DNA of 64,000 nt, from NCBI GenBank assembly GCA_964016885.1, contig OZ024744.1:120342001-120406000 (forward strand), in the 5' to 3' direction. This document shows positions 54,650 to 64,000 of the stretch, piece after piece. This DNA is from Eledone cirrhosa. Taxonomy: Eukaryota. How positions within the stretch are numbered: position 1 is the first letter of the stretch; each line of letters begins with the position of its first letter. The notes under the pieces are model-generated. The model saw only the letters and a program-made list of their open reading frames with translations, was not told where the DNA came from and searched no databases. Both the position numbers and the translations under genes were made by a program.

Positions 54650-57600
54650 ACATGTCATAGTATTAGAGCTGTGATCTCTCAATTCATAGATTCTTTCCTG
54701 AGAAATTCTAACAACATGTCATAGTATCAGAGCTGTGATCTCTCAATTCAGATATTCTTTCCTGAGACATTGTAACCACATGTCATAGTGTCAGAGCTGT
54801 GATCTCTCAATTTAGAGATTCTTTCATGAGATATTCTAACCACATGTCATAGTATCAGATCTGTGATCTCTCAATTCAGAGATTCTTTCCTGAGATATTC
54901 TAACCACATGTCATAGTATCAGAGCTGTGATCTCATAATTTAGAGATTCTTTCATGAGATAATCTAACCACATGTCATAGTATCAGAGCTGTGATCTCTC
55001 AATTCAAAGATTCTCTCCTGAGACATTCTAACCACATGTCATAGTATTAGAGCTGTGATCTCTCAATTCAGAGATTCTTTCCTGAGAAATTCTAACCACA
55101 TGTCTGTAGTATCAGAGCTGTGATCTCTCAATTCAGAGATTCTTTCCTGAGACGTTGTAACTCCATATCCACAGTATCAGAGCTGTGATCTCTCAATTCA
55201 GAGATTCTTTCCTGAGACATTCTTACCACATGTCATAGTATCAGAGCTGTGATCTCTCAATTTAGAGATTCTTTCCTGAGACATTCTAACCACATGTCAT
55301 AGTCTCAGAACTGTGATCTCTTAATTCAGAGATTCTATCCTGAGACATTCTAACCACATGTCATAGTATCAGAGCTGTGATCTCTCAATTCAGAGATTCT
55401 TTCCTGAGATATTCTAACCAGATGTCATAGTATCAGAGCTGTGATCTCTCAACTCAGAGATTCTTTCCTGGGATATTCTGACCACATGTCATAGTATCAG
55501 AGCTGTGATCTCTCAATTCAGAGATTCTTTCCTGGGACATTCTAACCACATGTCATAGTATCAGATCTGTGATCTCTCAATTCAGAGATTCTTTCCTGGG
55601 ACATTCTAACCACATGTCATAGTATTAGAGATGTGATCTCTCAATTCAGAACTTCTTTCCAGAGACATTCTTACCACATGTCATAGTATCAGAGCTGTGA
55701 TCTCTCAATTCAGAGATTCTTTCCTGAGACATTCTAACCACATGTCATATTATCAGAGCTATGATATCTCAATTGAGAGATTCTTTCCTGAGATATTTTA
55801 ACCACATATCATAGTATCAGAGCTGTCATCTCTCAATTCAGAGATTCTTTCCTGAGACATTCTAACCACATGTCATAGTATCAGAGCTGTGATCTCTCAA
55901 TTTAGAGATTCTTTCATGAGATATTCTAACCACATGTCATAATATCAGAGCTATGATCTCTCAATTCAGAGATTCTTTCCTGAGACATTCTAACCACATG
56001 TCTGTAGAATCAGAGCTGTGATCTCTCAATTCAGAGATTCTTTCCTGATACATTATAACCACATGTCATAGTATCAGAGCTGTGATCTCTCAATTTAGAT
56101 ATTCTTTCCTGAGATATTCTAACCACATGTCATAGTATAAGAGCTGTGATATCTCAATTCAGAGATACTTTCCTGAGACATTCTAACCACATGTCTGTAG
56201 TATCAGAGCTGTGAACTCTCAATTCAGAGATTCTTTCCTGGGACATTCTAACCAAATGTCATAGTATCAGGGCTGTGATCTCTCAATTCAGAGATTCTTT
56301 CCTGAGACATTCTAACCACATGTCATAGTATCAGAGCTGTCATCTCTCAATTAAGAGATTCTTTCCTGAGACATTCTAACCACATGTCATATTATCAGAG
56401 CTATGATCTCTTAATTTAGAGATTCTTTCATGAGATAATCTAACCACATGTCATAGTATCAGAGCTGTGATCTCTCAATTCAGAGATTCTCTCCTGAGAC
56501 ATTCTAACCACATGTCATAGTATTAGAGCTGTGATCTCTCAATTCAGAGATTCTTTCCTGAGAAATTCTAACCACATGTCTGTAGTATCAGAGCTGTGAT
56601 CTCTCAATTCAGAGATTCTTTCCTGAGACGTTCTAACTCCATATCCACAGTAACAGAGCTGTGATCTCTCAATTCAGAGATTCTTTCCTGAGACATTCTA
56701 ACTCCATATCCACAGTAACAGAGCTGTGATCTCTCAATTCAGAGATTCTTTCCTGAGACATTCTTACCACATGTCATAGTATCAGAGCTGTGATCTCTCA
56801 ATTTAGAGATTCTTTCATGAGATATTCTAACCACATGTCATAGTATCAGATCTGTGATCTCTCAATTCAGAGATTCTTTCCTGAGATATTCTAACCACAT
56901 GTCATAGTATAAGAGCTGTGATATCTCAATTCAGAGATACTTTCCTGAGACATTCTAACCACATGTCTGTAGTATCAGAGCTGTGAACTCTCAATTCAGA
57001 GATTCTTTCCTGGGACATTCTAACCAAATGTCATAGTATCAGGGCTGTGATCTCTCAATTCAGAGATTCTTTCCTGAGACATTCTAACCACATGTCATAG
57101 TATCAGAGCTGTCATCTCTCAATTAAGAGATTCTTTCCTGAGACATTCTAACCACATGTCATAGTATCAGAGCTATGATCTCTTAATTTAGAGATTCTTT
57201 CTTGAGATAATCTAACCACATGTCATAGTATCAGAGCTGTGATCTCTCAATTCAGAGATTCTCTCCTGAGACATTCTAACCACATGTCATAGTATTAGAG
57301 CTGTGATCTCTCAATTCAGAGATTCTTTCCTGAGAAATTCTAACCACATGTCTATAGTATCAGAGCTGTGATCTCTCAATTCAGAGATTCTCTCCTGAGA
57401 CATTCTAACCACATGTCATAGTATTAGAGCTGTGATCTCTCAATTCATAGATTCTTTCCTGAGAAATTCTAACAACATGTCATAGTATCAGAGCTGTGAT
57501 CTCTCAATTCAGATATTCTTTCCTGAGACATTGTAACCACATGTCATAGTATCAGAGCTGTGATCTCTCAATTTAGAGATTCTTTCATGAGATATTCTAA

Positions 57601-60600
57601 CCACATGTCATAGTATCAGATCTGTGATCTCTCAATTCAGAGATTCTTTCCTGAGATATTCTAACCACATGTCATAGTATCAGAGCTGTGATCTCATAAT
57701 TTAGAGATTCTTTCATGAGATAATCTAACCACATGTCATAGTATCAGAGCTGTGATCTCTCAATTCAAAGATTCTCTCCTGAGACATTCTAACCACATGT
57801 CATAGTATTAGAGCTGTGATCTCTCAATTCAGAGATTCTTTCCTGAGAAATTCTAACCACATGTCTGTAGTATCAGAGCTGTGATCTCTCAATTCAGAGA
57901 TTCTTTCCTGAGACGTTGTAACTCCATATCCACAGTATCAGAGCTGTGATCTCTCTATTCAGAGATTCTTTCCTGAGACATTCTTACCACATGTCATAGT
58001 ATCAGAGCTGTGATCTCTCAATTTAGAGATTCTTTCCTGAGACATTCTAACCACATGTCATAGTCTCAGAACTGTGATCTCTTAATTCAGAGATTCTATC
58101 CTGAGACATTCTAACCACATGTCATAGTATCAGAGCTGTGATCTCTCAATTCAGAGATTCTTTCCTGAGATATTCTAACCAGATGTCATAGTATCAGAGC
58201 TGTGATCTCTCAACTCAGAGATTCTTTCCTGGGATATTCTGACCACATGTCATAGTATCAGAGCTGTGATCTCTCAATTCAGATATTCTTTCCTGAGACA
58301 TTCTAACCACATGTCATAGTATCAGATCTGTGATCTCTCAATTCAGAGATTCTTTCCTGGGACATTCTAACCACATGTCATAGTATTAGAGGTGTGATCT
58401 CTCAATTCAGAGCTTCTTTCCAGAGACATTCTTACCACATGTCATAGTATCAGAGCTGTGATCTCTCAATTTAGAGATTCTTTCCTGAGACATTCTAACC
58501 ACATGTCATAGTATCAGAGCTGTGATCTCTCAATTCAGAGATTCTTTCCTGAGACATTCTAACCACATGTCATATTATCAGAGCTATGATATCTCAATTG
58601 AGAGATTCTTTCCTGAGATATTTTAACCACATATCATAGTATCAGAGCTGTCATCTCTCAATTCAGAGATTCTTTCCTGAGACATTCTAACCACATGTCA
58701 TAGTATCAGAGCTGTGATCTCTCAATTTAGAGATTCTTTCATGAGATATTCTAACCACATGTCATAATATCAGAGCTATGATATCTCAATTGAGAGATTC
58801 TTTCCTGAGATATTTTAACCACATATCATAGTATCAGAGCTGTCATCTCTCAATTCAGAGATTCTTTCCTGAGACATTCTAACCACATGTCATAGTATTA
58901 GAGCTGTGATCTCTCAATTCAGAGATTCTTTCCTGAGACATTCTAACCACATGTCTGTAGTATCAGAGCTGTAATCTCTCAATTCAGAGATTCTTTCCTG
59001 ATACATTATAACCACATGTCATAGTATCAGAGCTGTGATCTCTCAATTTAGATATTCTTTCCTGAGATATTCTAACCACATGTCATAGTATAAGAGCTGT
59101 GATCTCTCAATTCAGAGATTCTTTCCTGAGAAATTCTAACCACATGTCTGTAGTATCAGAGCTGTGATCTCTCAATTCAGAGATTCTTTCCTGAGACGTT
59201 CTAACTCCATATCCACAATATCAGAGCTGTGATCTCTCAATTCAGAGATTCTTTCCTGAGACATTCTTACCACATGTCATAGTATCAGAGCTGTGATCTC
59301 TCAATTGAGAGATTCTTTCCTGAGACATTCTAACCACATGTCATAGTATCAGAACTGTGATCTCTCAATTCAGAGATTCTTTCCTGAGACGTTCTAACTC
59401 CATATCCACAGTAACAGAGCTGTGATCTCTCAATTCAGAGATTCTTTCCTGAGACATTCTAACTCCATATCCACAGTAACAGAGCTGTGATCTCTCAATT
59501 CAGAGATTCTTTCCTGAGACATTCTTACCACATGTCATAGTATCAGAGCTGTGATCTCTCAATTTAGAGATTCTTTCATGAGATATTCTAACCACATGTC
59601 ATAGTATCAGATCTGTGATCTCTCAATTCAGAGATTCTTTCCTGAGATATTCTAACCACATGTCATAGTATAAGAGCTGTGATATCTCAATTCAGAGATG
59701 CTTTCCTGAGACATTCTAACCACATGTCTGTAGTATCAGAGCTGTGAACTCTCAATTCAGAGATTCTTTCCTGGGACATTCTAACCAAATGTCATAGTAT
59801 CAGGGCTGTGATCTCTCAATTCAGAGATTCTTTCCTGAGACATTCTAACCACATGTCATAGTATCAGAGCTGTCATCTCTCAATTAAGAGATTCTTTCCT
59901 GAGACATTCTAACCACATGTCATAGTATCAGAGCTATGATCTCTTAATTTAGAGATTCTTTCATGAGATAATCTAACCACATGTCATAGTATCAATGCTG
60001 TGATCTCTCAATTCAGAGATTCTCTCCTGAGACATTCTAACCACATGTCATAGTATTAGAGCTGTGATCTCTCAATTCAGAGATTCTTTCCTGAGAAATT
60101 CTAACCACATGTCTATAGTATCAGAGCTGTGATCTCTCAATTCAGAGATTCTCTCCTGAGACATTCTAACCACATGTCATAGTATTAGAGCTGTGATCTC
60201 TCAATTCATAGATTCTTTCCTGAGAAATTCTAACAACATGTCATAGTATCAGAGCTGTGATCTCTCAATTCAGATATTCTTTCCTGAGACATTGTAACCA
60301 CATGTCATAGTATCAGAGCTGTGATCTCTCAATTTAGAGATTCTTTCATGAGATATTCTAACCCCATGTCATAGTATCAGATCTGTGATCTCTCAATTCA
60401 GAGATTCTTTCCTGAGATATTCTAACCACATGTCATAGTATCAGAGCTGTGATCTCATAATTTAGAGATTCTTTCATGAGATAATCTAACCACATGTCAT
60501 AGTATCAGAGCTGTGATCTCTCAATTCAAAGATTCTCTCCTGAGACATTCTAACCACATGTCATAGTATTAGAGCTGTGATCTCTCAATTCAGAGATTCT

Positions 60601-62120
60601 TTCCTGAGAAATTCTAACCACATGTCTGTAGTATCAGAGCTGTGATCTCTCAATTCAGAGATTCTTTCCTGAGACGTTGTAACTCCATATCCACAGTATC
60701 AGAGCTGTGATCTCTCAATTCAGAGATTCTTTCCTGAGACATTCTTACCACATGTCATAGTATCAGAGCTGTGATCTCTCAATTTAGAGATTCTTTCCTG
60801 AGACATTCTAACCACATGTCATAGTCTCAGAACTGTGATCTCTTAATTCAGAGATTCTATCCTGAGACATTCTAACCACATGTCATAGTATCAGAGCTGT
60901 GATCTCTCAATTCAGAGATTCTTTCCTGAGATATTCTAACCAGATGTCATAGTATCAGAGCTGTGATCTCTCAACTCAGAGATTCTTTCCTGGGATATTC
61001 TGACCACATGTCATAGTATCAGAGCTGTGATCTCTCAATTCAGATATTCTTTCCTGAGACATTCTAACCACATGTCATAGTATCAGATCTGTGATCTCTC
61101 AATTCAGAGATTCTTTCCTGGGACATTCTAACCACATGTCATAGTATTAGAGGTGTGATCTCTCAATTCAGAGCTTCTTTCCAGAGACATTCTTACCACA
61201 TGTCATAGTATCAGAGCTGTGATCTCTCAATTTAGAGATTCTTTCCTGAGACATTCTAACCACATGTCATAGTATCAGAGCTGTGATCTCTCAATTCAGA
61301 GATTCTTTCCTGAGACATTCTAACCACATGTCATATTATCAGAGCTATGATATCTAAATTGAGAGATTCTTTCCTGAGATATTTTAACCACATATCATAG
61401 TTTCAGAGCTGTCATCTCTCAATTCAGAGATTCTTTCCTGAGACATTCTAACCACATGTCATAGTATCAGAGCTGTGATCTCTCAATTTAGAGATTCTTT
61501 CATGAGATATTCTAACCACATGTCATAATATCAGAGCTATGATATCTCAATTGAGAGATTCTTTCCTGAGATATTTTAACCACATATCATAGTATCAGAG
61601 CTGTCATCTCTCAATTCAGAGATTCTTTCCTGAGACATTCTAACCACACGTCATAGTATTAGAGCTGTGATCTCTCAATTCAGAGATTCTTTCCTGAGAC
61701 ATTCTAACCACATGTCTGTAGTATCAGAGCTGTGATCTCTCAATTCAGAGATTCTTTCCTGATACATTATAACCACATGTCATAGTATCAGAGCTGTGAT
61801 CTCTCAATTTAGATATTCTTTCCTGAGATATTCTAACCACATGTCATAGTATAAGAGCTGTGATCTCTCAATTCAGAGATTCTTTCCTGAGAAATTCTAA
61901 CCACATGTCTGTAGTATCAGAGCTGTGATCTCTCAATTCAGAGATTCTTTCCTGAGACGTTCTAACTCCATATCCACAATATCAGAGCTGTGATCTCTCA
62001 ATTCAGAGATTCTTTCCTGAGACATTCTTACCACATGTCATAGTATCAGAGCTGTGATCTCTCAATTGAGAGATTCTTTCCTGAGACATTCTAACCACAT
62101 GTCATAGTATCAGAACTGTG
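54650..62120 (+). repeat. Higher-order repeat, period 2761 bp (43 monomers), ~2.7 copies with internal rearrangement
   Basis: tctcaactcag at 55447/58208/60969, acattctaactccatatcc at 56693/59454 and atccacaata at 59211/61972 are all offset 2761. Confidence 0.85.
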
Positions 62121-64000
62121 ATCTCTCAATTCAGAGATTCTATCCTGAGACATTCTAACCACATGTCATAGTATCAGAGCTGTGATATCTCAATTTAGAG
62201 ATTCTTTCATGAGTTATTCTAACCACTTGTCATAGTATCAGATCTGTGATCTCTCAATTCAGAGATTCTTTCCTGAGATATTCTAACCACATTTCATAGT
62301 ATCAGAGCTGTCATCTCTCAATTCAGTGATTCTTTCCTGAGACATTCTAACCACATGTCATAGTATCAGAGCTGTGATATCTCAATTTAGAGATTCTTTC
62401 ATGAGATATTCTAACCACATGTCATAGTATCAGATCTGTGATCTCTCAATTCAGAGATTCTTTCCTGAGATATTCTAACCACATGTCATAGTATCAAAGC
62501 TGTCATCTCTCAATCAAGAGATTCTTTCCTGAGACATTCTAACCACATGTCATAGTATCAGAGCTGTGATCTCTTAATTTAGAGATTCTTTCATGAGATA
62601 ATCTAACCACATGTCATAGTATCAGAGCTGTGATCTCTCAATTCAAAGATTCTCTCCTGAGACATTCTAACCACATGTTATAGTATTAGAGCTGTGATCT
62701 CTCAATTCAGAGATTCTTTCCTGAGAAATTCTAACCACATGTCTGTAGTATCAGAGCTGTGATCTCTCAATTCAGAGATTCTTTCCTGAGAGGTTGTAAC
62801 TCCATATCCACAGTATCAGAGCTGTGATCTCTCAATTCAGAGATTCTTTCCTGAGACATTCTTACCACATGTCATAGTATCAGAGCTGTGATCTCTCAAT
62901 TTAGAGATTCTTTCCTGAGACATTCTAACCACATGTCATAGTATCAAAACTGTGATCTCTTAATTCAGAGACTCTATCCTGAGATATTCTAACCACATGT
63001 CATAGTATCAGAGCTGTGATCTCTCAATTCAGAGATTCTTTCCTGAGATATTCTAACCACATGTCATAGTATCAGAGCTGTGATCTCTCAATTCAGAGAT
63101 TCTTTCCTGAGACATTCTAACCACATATCATAGTATCAGAGCTGTGATCCCTCAATTTAGAGATTCTTTCCTGAGAGGTTGTAACCACATGTCATAGTAT
63201 CAGCGCTGTGATCTCTCAATTTAGATATTCTTTCCTGAGATATTCTAACCACATGTCATAGTATAAGAGCTGTGATCTCTCAATTCAGAGATTCTTTCCT
63301 GAGAAATTCTAACCACATGTCTGTAGTATCAGAGCTGTGATCTCTCAATTCAGAGATTCTTTCCTGAGACGTTCTAACTCCATATCCACAATATCAGAGC
63401 TGTGATCTCTCAATTCAGAGATTCTTTCCTGAGACATTCTTACCATATGTCATAGTATCAGAGCTGTGATCTCTCAATTCAGAGATTCTTTCCTGAGACA
63501 TTCTAACCACATGTCATAGTATCAGAACTGTGATCTCTCAATTCAGAGATTCTTTCCTGAGACGTTCTAACTCCATATCCACAGTAACAGAGCTGTGATC
63601 TCTCAATTCAGAGATTCTTTCCTGAGACATTCTAACTCCATATCCACAGTAACAGAGCTGTGATCTCTCAATTCAGAGATTCTTTCCTGAGACATTCTTA
63701 CCACATGTCATAGTATCAGAGCTGTGATCTCTCAATTTAGAGATTCTTTCATGAGATATTCTAACCACATGTCATAGTATCAGATCTGTGATCTCTCAAT
63801 TCAGAGATTCTTTCCTGAGATATTCTAACCACATGTCATAGTATAAGAGCTGTGATATCTCAATTCAGAGATACTTTCCTGAGACATTCTAACCACATGT
63901 CTGTAGTATCAGAGCTGTGAACTCTCAATTCAGAGATTCTTTCCTGGGACATTCTAACCAAATGTCATAGTATCAGGGCTGTGATCTCTCAATTCAGAGA

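Larger units (their letters stand above)
1..64000. repeat. Tandem satellite DNA array, 64-bp monomer (~1000 copies), open at both window edges
   Basis: The unit tctctcaattcagagattctttcctgagacattctaaccacatgtcatagtatcagagctgtga starts at 1 and recurs at 65, 129 and so on to the window end. Most copies differ by 0-4 substitutions. 65-bp variants (catgtctgtag; aactccatgtccacag / aactccatatccacag) and 62-bp variants (accacgtcatag) shift the phase. Confidence 0.99.
4406..64000 (+). repeat. Main forward-orientation satellite block (~930 monomers)
   Basis: Forward orientation resumes at acatctcatagtatcacagc (4406). I saw no further strand switch or foreign insertion by eye. Confidence 0.95.

Noticed and set aside
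1-64000. CRISPR array (period ~64-65 bp with a palindromic segment)
   Set aside because: There are no unique spacers. The whole unit is repeated with only point variants, and no leader or cas gene is present.
1-64000. Repetitive protein-coding ORF
   Set aside because: The consensus has stops in all three + frames (tga at 25, taa at 35, tag at 48, tga at 62) and all three - frames (tca/cta at 5, 10, 34, 45, 53), and 64 is not a multiple of 3.
1-64000. Tandem tRNA, 5S, snRNA or SINE gene array
   Set aside because: I see no cloverleaf, Pol III A/B boxes or oligo-T terminator. The only tRNA link is the 12-nt PBS-like complement.
1-64000. Intact LTR retrotransposon or TRIM tandem array
   Set aside because: There is no separate LTR and internal domain, no same-strand polypurine tract and no target-site duplication. 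The 64-bp unit is too short.
1-64000. Assignment to a named satellite (alpha satellite, CEN178/180, CentO, telomeric repeat) or CENP-B box
   Set aside because: Length and sequence match none that I recognise. A database search is needed, and centromeric function cannot be read from sequence alone.

Overview
The whole 64-kb window is one tandem satellite array of about 1000 copies of a 64-bp monomer. The consensus is tctctcaattcagagattctttcctgagacattctaaccacatgtcatagtatcagagctgtga (25/64 = 39% GC, no CpG), with recurrent 65-bp and rare 62-bp variants. The consensus has stop codons in all six frames, and I see no CDS, RNA gene, CRISPR array or unique sequence. The array runs in one orientation except for a ~1.67-kb inverted block (~2733-4405) bounded by 3-bp microhomologies. 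Diagnostic variants show irregular block duplications (offsets 1346, 2566, 2761, 2950, 3081 and ~12,000 bp) and a left-to-right turnover of subfamilies. The monomer looks like four ~16-bp subunits with four quasi-palindromes, and it contains ca-TAGTATCAGAGC, 11/12 identical to the plant tRNAi-Met primer-binding site TGGTATCAGAGC. It looks like eukaryotic heterochromatic satellite DNA. I cannot name the family or organism, and I found no gene-encoded novel system. All coordinates were read by eye, so block edges are approximate.
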